Shown: one piece after another, positions 24,183 through 37,339 of the stretch
Layout: each line of letters opens with the position of its first letter
Position numbering within the stretch: the stretch's first letter is position 1
Assembly (NCBI GenBank): GCA_051530055.1
Contig: CM121342.1
Span: 4,463,489 to 4,527,488, forward strand
DNA length: 64,000 nt
DNA from: Neoechinorhynchus agilis
Taxonomy: Eukaryota; Animalia; Acanthocephala
Direction: 5' to 3'
The notes under the pieces: model-generated
The model's input: only the letters and a program-made list of their open reading frames with translations
Told to the model about the DNA's origin: nothing
Databases searched by the model: none
Program-made: the position numbers and the translations under genes

Positions 24183-25661
24183 AGACTTTTCGTCATGAAG
24201 AAAAAGCCCTAGACGATTTGGACAGTTTTCCTTTTTAAAAAAGTCCAAGATTTCTACCCAGAATGGGAACAAAGTTATCCGAAAAAAAAAGAGGTTAATT
24301 CGAATCGTAATTTTTTTTCAACCGATCAACAATTACGCCAAGTCTTTCATTATAACGAGACTTTTTAGGGGAGGAAAAGCGTTGAACAATTTGGACAGTT
24401 TTCCTTTTTAAAGTCCAAGATTTCTACCCAGAATGGGAACAAAGTTATCCAAAAAAAAGAGAGGTTAATTCGAATCGTAATTTTTTTTCAACCGATCAAC
24501 AATTACGCCAAGTCTTTCATTATAACGATACTTTTCGTCATCAAGAAAAAGCGCTGGACGATTTGGACCGTTTAACGCCCGAGATTTCTATGCCAAATGG
24601 GAACAAAGTTATCCGAAAAAAAGAGAGGTTAATTCGAATTGTAATTTTTTTTCAAACCGAAAAACAATTACGCCAAGTCTTTCATTATAACGATACTTTT
24701 CGTCATGAAGAAAAAGCGCTGGACGATTTGGACCGTTTAACGCCCGAGATTTCTATGCCAAATCTGAACAAAGTTATCCAAAAAAAAGGGGTTAATTCGA
24801 ATCGTAATTTTTTCAATCCGATCAACAATTACGCCAAGTCTTTCATTATAACGAGACTTTTGGGGAGGAAAAGCGTTGAACAATTTGGACCGTTTTCGGT
24901 TTAACGCCCGAGATTTCTATGCCAAATGGGAACAAAGTTATCCGAAAAAAAGAGAGGTTAATTCGAATTGTAATTTTTTTCAAACCGAAAAACAATTACG
25001 CCAAGTCTTTCATTATAACGATACTTTTCGTCATGAAGAAAAAGCGCTGGACGATTTGGACCGTTTAACGCCCGAGATTTCTATGCCAAATCTGAACAAA
25101 GTTATCAAAAAAAGGGGTTAATTCGAATCGTAATTTTTTCAATCCGATCAACAATTACGCCAAGTCTTTCATTATAACGAGACTTTTTAGGGGAGGAAAA
25201 GCGTTGAACAATTTGGACCGTTTTCGGTTTAACGCCCGAGATTTCTATGCCAAATGGGAACAAAGTTATCCGAAAAAAAGAGAGGTTAATTCGAATTGTA
25301 ATTTTTTTTCAAACCGAAAAACAATTACGCCAAGTCTTTCATTATAACGATACTTTTCGTCATGAAGAAAAAGCGCTGGACGATTTGGACCGTTTAACGC
25401 CCGAGATTTCTATGCCAAATGGGAACAAAGTTATCAAAAAAAGGGGTTAATTCGAATCGTAATTTTTTCAATCCGATCAACAATTACGCCAAGTCTTTCA
25501 TTATAACGAGACTTTTTAGGGGAGGAAAAGCGTTGAACAATTTGGACCGTTTTCGGTTTAACGCCCGAGATTTCTATGCCAAATGGGAACAAAGTTATCC
25601 GAAAAAAAGAGAGGTTAATTCGAATTGTAATTTTTTTTCAAACCGAAAAACAATTACGCCA
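24183..25661. repeat. Tandem array of two diverged subunits of about 160-175 bp, mostly alternating (period about 330 bp)
   Basis: A-type (CGTCATGAAGAAAAAGCGCTGGACG) and B-type (TAGGGGAGGAAAAGCGTTGAAC) subunits in the order A,B,A,A,B,A,B,A,B. Confidence 0.93.
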
Positions 25662-26186
25662 AATCTCCTTTATTATGAAATCCTTTGAGGACATTAGTAC
25701 GTTCCTTCGGCATATAATCTTTATACTCAACAATCACAGACCTTGTTTTCAACGACCTCGGCTAAGTGAAAAGTGAAACTCGTTCGATATATTTAGGACA
25801 GTCAGTGGTGAAGTTCATATTCGTGCTTTGTGCTTAAAGCGAATTCAGACGTGTTTTTTATTGTATATTTTACTGAAAATCTTTTTTTTCATATAAAAAA
25901 GTGTAGAGCACTAACAGCCAAATTGTATGAGCGTGATACGGTCAAAAATTGAACAACTCTCATGTATTATTCTTTAAAGATCGAGATTTAGGTTTCTCAT
26001 GTTTCTACTTCACTGCCAAACGGTTTCAAAGTTTTTTCTAGAGTACGAAACTCCTCGCTTATCACTCCACACACACAAAAAAATGACCCATGCATTAAAG
26101 TTGTCAATTGACTCGAAAACAAACTAGACTTCTCGTTTGGTATATTCTTAAAAGAGTTGAATACGTCTCCGTTATCGCATAAAAAG

Positions 26187-26609
26187 ATGGCCAAATGCTG
26201 CGGATTTTTCAAATCCAAGACGTCCGCGTTCGTATCGACGATAAGTGCGATCATCACGTTGGGTGGATTGTTTATCATCACCGTACCGTTCATCGAATGG
26301 CGTCATTTAAATGGATCAGTGAAGTTTTACCGATATTTCGTTGAACCTACTCTCGGCCTCTTCGAATTCATTTTCGGTATATTCTCAAATGTTGTTCAAC
26401 GAAAATGGAACAAGTTTAAGAAACTGATTTTCATGATCAGCGGTGCAGTCACAACGGGTATTTCACTCGGTTATTATGGATGGATGTTGTCTAGCACTTG
26501 GATGCCGGAATCAAATGCAATTCTGGCCATTCGTATCTGTAGCGAGATTCTATTCGTTCTTAATGCTGCAGTATTGTTTTTGGTACTACGTGCATTTTTC
26601 AAGGGATAA
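26187..26609 (+). CDS. Small multi-pass (about 4 TM) membrane protein
   Basis: ATG at 26187 and four hydrophobic stretches. No family recognised. Confidence 0.55.
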   Translation: MAKCCGFFKSKTSAFVSTISAIITLGGLFIITVPFIEWRHLNGSVKFYRYFVEPTLGLFEFIFGIFSNVVQRKWNKFKKLIFMISGAVTTGISLGYYGWMLSSTWMPESNAILAIRICSEILFVLNAAVLFLVLRAFFKG

Positions 26610-26889
26610 TCATGATTCCAAAATAAATGCTTTTTTGACCAAAATCCCGGCGGCTAAAGTGCTCTTTGTTCTTTATTACTTTTACAGAAGCATCATAAAT
26701 GTAAGTCCTTTAAAACCAGGACTTTCCAATGGGTCCGTGAAGCTGCCTTCTTTGGAACGACTAATTTATATTTTTCTTGAAATGTTCGGATGTGAAGCCT
26801 CTATAAGAATCCTGTCAAGTTTTTCAATTTTTTTTGATTCGTAAATTCTTTTATTTTACTATTTCGTTTTTCATTCTTGTAAACATCCC

Positions 26890-28750
26890 GACGTTGCCAG
26901 TATACTGGCAGCGTTCCCTAGCTCGTTGAGCGAGGAAATTTCTCAAGCGCGGTTCCCCCCGTCATCCTCTTCGTCCCAAATCGTCGAGGAAATTGAGCGC
27001 TGATGGTCCCAAGGCTCCATGCGTTTCCACGGCAAAAGGCACCAAAGTTTATATATTGTTAGGTCTCACTTTCCTTAATAGTATCGAAGAAACAGTAATG
27101 AGCAACGAATTTATTTTTTTTACTTCTCTATTTCACATTGTGACTTTCTAAGAACTGTTTCGATCGGTATCAGAGGAATCAAGCGACAACACTAATGTGT
27201 CGGGTTTGAAGTATTTCCCAGTTAATTGCTTCGAAAATTGAGAAGAGGAAGACAGTATTTGTTAATAAAATTCCTATGATAATAGGTTTTTAATAACAAA
27301 AACTAACGAAAACACTTTGGTAGTAGAAAAACTGTTAATCGATTTCGCTATTTTAACACAATCTATATCACGTCAGCAGTTACCGCAGCGATAGAATGTC
27401 GGTACCCCAAGTCTCAGGGACACTGCAATCCTTACTGTCTTGTCGGCGAGTACCCACAGAAGCGATTGGATAGCGTTGAACCAAGCACCCGATTTTCTTG
27501 TCGAGACTGCCGCCAATCGAGTTCGGTTCACCAGGTCACGAGAATCTGAAATTAAAGAGTTATGAATTCTCGCTACCCGGGGGGAGTCCCAAAAAGGATT
27601 GTTTGCAACCGTTGACTGGTACCTGCTCGCTGCCCGAATCTCCACACCAAAGATTAGGCGTCTCCACGAAATCTTCATCCAAAATGTAATTCTCGCCAAT
27701 AAATGAATGAACCATTCTATGGCTTGCTTCATTCGATCCCAAATAAGCTGGTAGAGAAATATCGGCTATATTTCGGATAAATAAACCGCCGGACGACACA
27801 GGCAAGGACGCTTGACGCCTTCACCGTCTCGTCTAATTTTGCCAGCGGAATGAAGAGGATGTTCTTGATCAGGAACAGAGTTTCGTGTAAAGATAATTCA
27901 TCAATTCGTTCACATAGCACCGAAAGTTGCGGTTGAAGATTGGCAATCTCTGCTTCAACATTAGAATCAAAAATACAGCTTAATAGAAGACTCAACCGGT
28001 CTGGAGTGATCAATTCTATCCCGGGGGCCAGGTTCTGAAAATCGTTCACGGTAGCTTGCCTGGACGCTCCACGTCCATCACTAAAATCTCGCATTTCGCA
28101 GCATTCAATTAAATGAAAAATTTTCTGTCTCCTTCACGAGAGGTTACCCCAGAGCTTGACATCATCCAAGTAAGAGCCCTTAAAGATGGATTGGAGAGTG
28201 CGCGACGGGATTGACTGCGAATGAGAAGGCTTTTGGGCCCAAAGGTTCTCCTTGTTGAAATCCTGTTTCTGACAACGAAACGAGGTCATTGAACAACAAG
28301 GGAGTTGCAATACGAAATAGCGATATACTTCTGATGTGTGATCTCTGACTTTTTCGAGAAAATCTGCTCGGTGAACTGTGCTGAATGCATTTTTGAAATC
28401 ACATTTCAAGATCACGCACGGCTTTGAGTTTCCGGTGATGATCGTGTGTACAGCAGCCTAACTGAGTAGGCCGAAGCAGTTTCCTTACTTTTTCCGAGAT
28501 CCTTTTATTTAAAATTTTTACTATTAAGCGGTGCAGAGTTGTTCTAATTGCAATGGGACGAATCCAACCTTCCTTTTTCTGCGGGTAAACACAAAGATGC
28601 GCCGAAAAATAGCTCAATTGCTTTCGGAATCAACTCTCCCCCTGCGAATTGGTCGACTAAGCGTGCCAATGCATCTTCAAGGGACTAGACAGCGTCACTT
28701 ACTGAAAAGATAGTCACATCCTTTAGGCGCTGGGGCCTGAGTCCGTCAAA
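26890..28750 (-). mobile_element. Degenerate CRE-like non-LTR retrotransposon (RT plus REL endonuclease tail)
   Basis: GWIRPIAI, ILKCDFKNAFSTVHR, LPVSSGGLFIR, SGAWFNAI..RIAVSLRLG and VPFAVETHGALG..GNAASIL occur in the correct order, with stops, frameshifts and an unrelated AT-rich block at about 27050-27370. Confidence 0.85.
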
Positions 28751-29804
28751 CCCTTTAGCTGATCCGTTAGAAAATGTTGAGTTTGTCATCTTCAATTCTG
28801 ATTTTGATGATAAAACATAAGGAATCGTATCGAAGGAGGAGGATTTAACGACAAACTGCCGACCCGGACGAAAGACAATCGCAAACCAATAGATCAATGG
28901 TGGAAAATAACAGCAACGATACAAGTAAATTGAGTGCTTGAACCTGAAAAGCAACAAAATCAACGTTTATTTGCCGCAACACAATATAAACGATTACGAA
29001 GAATTATGAAACTGTGCATAAAGGCCAAAGGCGTGTAATTTGCTCAAAGCATTCGAGTTCAAAACAACAACAACAACGTCAATAGTGGAACAATCAATAA
29101 AGAAGAAAAGACGATTTAATCGACGTTTAACCGTCCTTGAGCATGTCTCTTGCCCTAAAAAACTTTAAAACATCTTTATCCTCCATTGCCTCGAGGATCC
29201 AGGATTTCCTTTTTCAATTGTTGTTTCTCTGATAAAAATTAGAATATTTTCCAAGAGCAAGTCTCGCGCTCGAATATACTTTCGTTTACGGATCAACATT
29301 TTCGTTACTTTATTCGCCTTTCGTTGCATAAAAACAACAAGGATTTGTATGAAGGTTCAAAAAGAACAAAGAAATATTCTTGTTTCATTTGCCTGAAGCA
29401 CTGTTAAGACTCCACGATATAACAATTAAGATTGAAAGTCAATTGATAAGTCTCTGAATCATTAAGATCAACGAACCTTTTAAATAAGCTCTATATTGGT
29501 GCCATTATGATGATCAATAGGCTGGAAAGATCCAGAGTCAAATGGAAACAGCATTCCTTGATTTAGATGGTCATATTGATCGTCTTTAACAGACTCTTCC
29601 TTCACCGACACTAAGGTCCTTTGATGCAGATGCCTCCGGGTGAGATGAGCATCAAATGTTGAGTTTAAAATCTTGGTTTATTATTTCTTCGTAGATTTCC
29701 AGCACTGTAGAAGGACGAGCTTGAGTTATAAATACAGTTGACTTTAGGATTAATCAAACCACATCGGGACGTGACCGTTTTAGCCGGTTACATTTATTCT
29801 GTGT

Positions 29805-30267
29805 TGAAGTGAAAGCCTTTTTCACGGCTGATCGTTTTCCTTAGGCATCATGGGATTGATTAATTATAACGCATTTTATTCAAAGTAGAGAAACTATGTC
29901 CTTCTCTGGGTCCTTCTCGTGAGCACTCGAGTTCTGATTTGTCAAACGAATGCGGTTGGTTATTTTGAGGAGGATTACGGGTTCGGTCGAATGGGAATTG
30001 GTGGTTATTGTTTATGGGAGATTTATTTGATTTTGGTTGGTTAAGTTCCGCCGAATCAATTCGCATTTGGAGGATTGAGCATTGGGGAAAAAGAGCGAAG
30101 GTATCACTTAAACTCTGTACAAAGGAAGGAAACTCACTGATGGCTATCGTCTCCTGGGGATGTATCTGAGAATCCGGACGGGGATGTAAATGGTTCCCTG
30201 ATCCAAGATATCGGTGGACTGTGTGCCTAAGAAAAATGATCAGCAGTGAAAAAAGGCTTTCACTTCA
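29805..30267. mobile_element. MITE-like element, 463 bp, with imperfect terminal inverted repeats of about 44 bp
   Basis: Left TGAAGTGAAAGCCTTTTTTCACGGCTGATCGTTTTCCTTAGGCA pairs with right TGCCTAAGAAAAATGATCAGCAGTGAAAAAAGGCTTTCACTTCA. No clear TSD. Confidence 0.65.
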
Positions 30268-30308
30268 TATATTTAGAATTTGGTTTTAATAAGTGGCATC
30301 GGATTTGA

Positions 30309-31416
30309 CTATATTTGCTTTTTAAAACCATATGAGAAACGGTTGAACACCGCCGGTCTAAACGAATCACACATATTCACACAAACCAACTTCTTCGTCC
30401 AATAGAGATGATATATAGGAGACAGCGAGAAAGTTTTAATTAAAGCTAGGTTATTTTTTTTATAAATAACGTGCTCCACGCCAAGTTGCGACAACAGGAT
30501 AGGACGACGAAATAGCTCCAATCCATGTATCACCGGCTAGTTGTTGCATCATTTCGATCAGCATTCTACTGATGCCATTGAGAGACGACCCGCCTCCAAC
30601 TATGAAGATTGTTGAATATAGTTCATCTTTCACATCGGATGGACATGATTCAATCACATTGTAACATACCTCATGAAGCCCAGGAAGATATTTTCCAACG
30701 ATATTCGGCTCAAAATAGGCTTCCCGTGACAAAACAATGCTTTCGCCTAAGATGTCTTGAATTCCATTCAAATCAAAGTTGTCCACTTGGTCCAAGAACT
30801 TCTGCAGATCGTAAGATTGCTTCATTTCATCTACTTCCTGATGTAAGAAATACTCACCGGATTGGCTGAGAAGATCTTTTATATAAGCTGTAATGTGATA
30901 CCCGCCAATAGGGAAAAAGTACGCTAAGTTAAGAGATGGATTTCCAGAAATTATCGGAGTTACTTGAGTGCATCTATCGCCGAAATCGACTACCAAGGTA
31001 TTCAATAGTCCACTTGATGCTGCAGCACACCCGGGCTGGCTTAAGAATCGATATGTGTCCACATTTACGTCACATTTGTTAATAATCGATACTATTTGCT
31101 CGCGATCCTCTTCGTTCGAGAAGATAGGCTCAGCGATAGTTACATCGCATCGATCGTTGTCAACGTTCAAATGGTTTTGAAAAATATACCTCAGAATTTT
31201 TTCTAAGTGGTCTGAGTTTCGAATGACTCCGGCTTGGACGGGATGCAACAAATCTGCGTCGCTACGAAGTGCATCGAATCCAATAAGCCACTTTTGTTGG
31301 CTCTCGTCGAACGCTGTCACAGTTGGAAACTCCACACTCGGTTCGTCTTCGGTTGAAAATCCAGCCTTGATGTGTGAAGAGCCGATGTCAAGAATGATCT
31401 TTGGTAAATCGCTCAT
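30309..31416 (-). CDS. Divergent actin-related protein
   Basis: IILDIGSSHIKAGFS, LVVDFGDRCTQVTPI, GGYHIT, IFIVGGGSSLNG, ATWRGA. The C-terminus continues in another frame (SLSPIYHLYW...), most simply via a 25-nt GT-AG intron at 30446-30470. Confidence 0.85.
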
Positions 31417-31965
31417 TGCTTCGGATTCGGGATTGAGAATGCCGCAAAACTAGATGATGGGGGATCCAAAATTATTTACCGTCGTAAATCAGCTCCATTG
31501 CGTTATTCTCTTCCACATCAATAATGAGCGTAAATATCATGTTTTCGACGTTCCGGCAGTAGGCAACAAATGTACTAACGTGCCAATTCCTCAAGTCATT
31601 GATTATAATTGATTGGGCTTTCCTTTAAAATGTTAAACAATGAACTTGTTTAAGTAAACAGAGTAGATCATATAGTTTTTTTAGGATGGTATTTTTGAGA
31701 GAAAACAACAAATGCCTTGAATTATGAATTTTAATGTGTCAACTTTCCAGTCAATCCAAACCTTTTTTAAACATTCGCTCAAACTGCCATTATGCTCTTA
31801 AGTGAGTTTTTTTGCTATGTTTAAATGGCTTTAAATAGTACTTTAAAATAAATTCAAAAAAAATTCATAGAGCTTCATTGGTGCATGAAGCCGGACGACT
31901 TGGTTTATAAATTTACAAACACAAAACAGAATTTCTTTTAACTTTCAACGTACTAACAGGGCACA

Positions 31966-33681
31966 TTAGTAAAACAGAAAGAGAGTTGATCTAAGCATCG
32001 GAATAGCTGAGACTATACCACTCAGAGCACCGATTAATCCAAGTACAGCAATGGATATCGGCAGAGCGATTGTGAGCGATCGAAACATGGACGCTTGTGG
32101 ATTCTGTGTGGAGGGTTTCTGTTGTTCACGACACCTTTGCTCAATAGAACTGCGATTGACGCATCGATATCCGAATTCCTTTCCGCATGTAATCAAACCT
32201 TCCTTGCAATCTAAATGAAACAGTAATCTTCTAGAAGTGACACTACACATTTCATTGATACCATAGTATTCATTTGAATTCATGCAGAGAATTCTCTTGG
32301 TGCTTTGTGGATTCACACATCCTAAAGGAACATCCGTCTTGTTTGTACAATCATCAACGTCTACCTTAAATCCGTTAGCTACAATTTCTTTAAGTTTATC
32401 TCACCGCATGGATCGCTGGACAATGAACACTTTTCACACAGTTTTCGCATACTGGTACATTTGCTGTCCAAATGATTTCCAACACGAATATCAGAGGGAA
32501 TTGTCGTATTCCCACATCGGTATTCCTCTTAAAAAGAAATAGAGCAAGTTTTTAGAGCCTTGATTTGGAATCAAACCAGTAAAACTCGCCGAAGATTTTT
32601 TACGGAAAAATGGGATCAAAATTCGATTCAGGCTCGTTTCTTTGTGAATGCATCAATTTTTTTATAGCAAATTTTTGGCATGATTCCTTTGGATCAAATC
32701 GTTCGATCGTAAATGCATATCAACTTTCTCCAAACAAAATGAATGATTTTCTTTAAGTTTGAAGATTGAACTGTTCATATTTTTGTTTTTTTATGGTGAA
32801 GAAATGAAATGATGATTTTGGTTTTTAAACTGTTGATTGTTAACCAATTTTCTTAAAAGTATTCGTTGGCCTAATATCTAAACCGAAACGTTCGTTTTGT
32901 GTGGGATATGAACAACTGGAGTTGTAGTCAAGAATAGAAAAATTTGAAAGCGATATTTCGCGAGCAAGCCTAAATTCAAAGCTCCGAGAAACATTTTTTC
33001 ATAAACTGAAACGTTCGTTTTGTGTGGAATGTGAATAATTGTAGTTGTAGTTATCGTATTTTCTGCCTAAATAGGTAATACGATCACCACAATTCTACCA
33101 TCCCGAAGGATTTTCTCTCTCTTTACGATCTTATTTGTTTTAGAAAAACTAATTTTTTAAATTATAAAAACTTACCACATACGTCTCTAGGAACTTGAAT
33201 ATTTGAAATTGTGTTTGGATGCGGACACATTTCTAAAGAATTGACGAGCGGCACATCAGCGATGTCTAAACTAATGTCATGAGTCCGAAAACAAAATGAT
33301 TACTAACATTGGTTTTGTGTTGCCAATGCGCACAGTTCCGTTCTGTTCAAACATTTTCCATTACAAAGCACTGAATTTTGGTCGCAACCTTTTTTTAAAG
33401 ATTTTATCAACCCAAAAAAATTCGGTGGATTTTGAAGGCTTACATGCAAATCGCCGTAGGGCGCATGTCGGTCCTGAAGGACATGGAACAAAAACATAAT
33501 CCAGATCGCATCCTGGTGAACCAACTACTAAATCTTCTATTGGAGACGAGAATGTGACTGGTTTTTTCTATAAACGGTAGCTTACTGCAAAAACTTCCAC
33601 AAGTCGCACACAATTTCGCTATATCTCTGCACATAACTCCGTCTCCTGATTGGTTACAGTAAAGATATCCATCAGGGCAAC
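31966..33681 (-). CDS. Multi-exon cysteine-rich single-pass membrane protein (5' end not found)
   Basis: Cys-rich exons (GCPDGYLYCNQ, GCDQNSVLCNGKC, RCGNTT) joined by canonical donors and acceptors, including a 26-nt intron at 32379-32404. C-terminal TM LTIALPISIAVLGLIGAL. Confidence 0.6.
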
Positions 33682-36600
33682 CTAAAAGAGAACTCACAAA
33701 TCAAAATCAATTTTAGCAATGGTATGAAATTACCGCTGCAAATTGAATGCTCCGATACTGTAAGATCTGGTCGACCAATAATAGAACAATTAAAATTTAT
33801 TGCAAAGACACCTTTAAATGAAAAGTATTGAAGTTTAATGGTTGTTTTTTATGCCGAAGAAATTAAAGTGATTTTATTTTGTATTTTTCTCTACTAACAA
33901 CTTAAGATTGTGTGCCTCTTCGAAAACAATCGGCAGTTTAAATTAAAATCATTTAATTTCTGTACGCCCTTCAAACAATGAAATTACCGAGGAAACACTG
34001 GAGCAGACATATGAGTGAAAACATCGTGCCAACTTACAAAATGAACAGTAGCGAATCCTCAACTTATATCCAACCTAGAATGTTGCGTTTTAGTTCAGCC
34101 ATTTTTAACCAAATGCAGCCATCAACATCCATATAGTAAAGTAAACGCGAAGCAGCGACAATTTGTACTAACATTACACTGCGACCTCCGATCGTTGCAG
34201 CATTCTTTAAACTGCCGTTATAAAAAAAATGCGAAGTAAAAATGAACATTTGCTAAAATGGAAGCATGGTGAGCGACAGTTCATTTTAAAGCGTTGGCAC
34301 GTAAGAGACGCCGGAATGAACTAATGAACATTAAAAATAATGAAAAACCTGACAAATACATTGAAAATAGTTTTTTCTAACCTGACATGCAGGTCGTTTT
34401 AACAAAAGTTGCTGAGTAAAATCGGAACTTTGGTAATAAAATTTCTCGAAACAATGTTTTCGTAAAATCCATCCTTCGATCGAAACAATTTATCGCGCTC
34501 TAAGCACAGATATCAAGGAACTCCAAAACGAGCTTTTTACTTTATAACAATTTCTAATACGCCAAACGCGGTTCAAGTTTTATAAATTTTTGAAAGTTAT
34601 CAAAGTACTTTGAGGGAACATTTTCGCTAAGCCGATTTCGATTGTTTCCCTTTGAAGCAATTAAGTCAGGATTCGTTTTTTAAACCAAATTTCTAAGGCT
34701 TTTGTTTAGTTTGCCTATAAAACTAGGAAAAGTTCAATGGGTGTTTCTGAATAAGTGTAAAATGTTGGATTTATTGATCCATCTAAGAATTCGGTAGTTC
34801 TGGTAAGAAGATCAAAACCGTAGATGCATTTTGGCTGCTTTGACCAACAACATTGCTCGACGAATCATTCTCTACAGAAATCTCTCTGTTGTCCGAATAT
34901 TTTGTTTGTTCACCTTTGAATTCGAATTCGGAATGATTCGCGTCATACCATCGATGCATTTTAAAAGAAAACAATCCCGTTACAACCAATAGAATTATAA
35001 GAAGAACCATAATCATAAGATCAAAGTCCTGAATTCGCATTGCAAAGGTTTAGGTCATTTCGTAGTCTTAAACTTTTGACACTGTTTCACCTTTCTAGAC
35101 GAACGCGTCTTTTTGTCATAAAAATTAGAGAATAGAACTTCGAAAAAATATCAAAATGATTGCGTTCTGGAAATTAGAAAAGCAACGAAATTTTAGTAAA
35201 GAAAATAACTACTGGCTACGAAGATTTCAAAAAAGACCGAAAAGGAAAAGTAGGCTCTCTTTCTAGACTTTTAACGGGTAAAAAATCCATTTAAAAATTT
35301 GGAACCGTTAATCAATGAGGTCTCTAAAAATCGATTCCATGTCCAGTGATTTGGATCGATCTCAACAATGGAATATGTCAATCTCAAGTTGCACATTTAG
35401 TCCTTAATATATTTGGGCCATTGATTTACCTCATCAAATTTTGTTTTCGGAAATGGACAATTGGGTGAGGGCTGTTGTAATGATAGAGAAAAATCTTTAT
35501 TTTCGAGCTTTCGCCGTTTTACATCTTCTTTAGGAATCTACAAAGGTGCTTGGAGATGTGAAGTGTGCTCAAGTAGCGATATCAAAAGGGGAAATCCATA
35601 CCGTTTGTTGAGCAGTTCTGGGGTTTTGTCGAGCTTTCGGCCACAAACCAAACTCACGTCGAGAGTTACTCCGTCGTTGTAGCACTCTGAGTTGTGCTTT
35701 TTGCCCTGGTTTGACCATGATTTTGCGTTCGGATTGAGTGCGTTGCGAACGTTTACCCAAAGACCGTTCAGTTTTCTCGGTGTATAATGAAATCGCAATT
35801 GTCATGGGCTAAACATCGTTCGCAGGTCATCTTGTAGAGAACTTTGGTTCGAGTGCAAATCGAACCGGCCATTTGTGTCCTTTCCGGCGTTTCATGATGT
35901 CCATTTCTCGTCCGGATTCGCCCAAGTGTAGGTGCGCTTCCCTGCGGACAATCCGGACATCCATTCTCGATCGTGGTGGCAGCTTTAAAAACGTCACTAA
36001 TGAACTTCTCACTGATATATTTTTATCTTTGGAATCGGTTTTTATCCATTTCCATTCCGAAAACAATCATCGTTCCGTTTCTCCTCGCTTGAATCACTCA
36101 GTCTCTGGAACCGCACGATCTCGTTGCTTTTGGGTTTATTATGCGCGAAAATGGCGTTAACTCTATCGCTAATCGTTTCTAAATTAATGACGATGAACAA
36201 ACCAGCGCTGTTCTGTGCATCTCGGCATAAATCGCCAAAGAATGATGGTAATCTCGATAAATGGCTATCCTTTTACGGTTTGCGATACAAACCGAAATCA
36301 GTAGTGACTTGATTAACTTTGAAACACAAATTGAGGAACGGTATTGATAATCCGATGTCTCGTCCCATCTTAATCCCACTCGTAAAATCCATTGAATTCA
36401 GCAATCTCTCCATGACATTGACCTCACAAATTTCTCTTTAAGTGAACAGCACATAATCCAAAAATAGCGGAGGTAAATTTGGCTAGAAGTTAAATTCCAA
36501 GATAAAGCGGGAGCAACACTGTTTCCCATTAACAGTCCACGGATTTGTCTATAAAGTCGGTCGTTATATCGAAAAAAGTTGTATTCTAAAACTATTCAAG

Positions 36601-37339
36601 TGAGTCGAATCATGCCCATTGGTGGCATTCCGAATAAGTTTAAATGTTCTTTGTTCTCATTCAACCGCTTTTCGAGTGCACGAACCGCTCCTTGCGGCAC
36701 AAAATCAAAAGACGTAACTTGGCTATCATTTAAGTCAGAGAAGTAAGCTCTCCAAATTCCGCAAAAGGGTATTCGTTCTCTGAAGCATTGGGCTAATCAC
36801 CATCGCCAGGAAATGAGATAATCGATACGCAAGTCCATTGACTGTCGAAATTGATCAGTCACAGCCGGTCACGTTTTACAATTTGACCATTGGATACATC
36901 CCGAGCACCCGCAACGATCCATGTGCCCGAAGCCACTCATTCCTTTAAAATCTCTTGCAGTTATCAATTCACGAAAGATGCTGTTCAACTTAATGCGCTT
37001 CAATTCTCAATCGTCCTTCTATTCCGCCATATATGTAGCGAGATCTCTCAGTAATTCCTCCATCTCATGATCTCTTCTACACCTTCATCGATCGGAATTA
37101 AGTCACCATTTTTGTCAGAACATTTTCAGAGGATCTATTCAGTTGATGTGGTTTTCTATGACAAAATGAGGTGTAACAGGCACCTTTTTTCAATCCTCTA
37201 GATTTCATCTCTCCGTTGGATAATATTCTTAGAATTGACGAGATTTAAAATTCTAGCGAAGATTTCGGTAGTGTGGTCGTCGAAATGGAATTCTCCAGCG
37301 TGACAAAGGAAGCCTTGATTGGGAGGTGTTATATAGATA

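Noticed and set aside
34783-35040. 85-aa ORF with a hydrophobic N-terminus
   Set aside because: Could be a small membrane protein or an exon, but there is no homology or splice support.
35460-37150. Decayed DNA transposase (DFKGMSGFGHMDRCGCSGC, CMC-like) and neighbouring short ORFs
   Set aside because: It looks like eroded coding sequence but has only one weak motif, so it cannot be assigned without a profile search.
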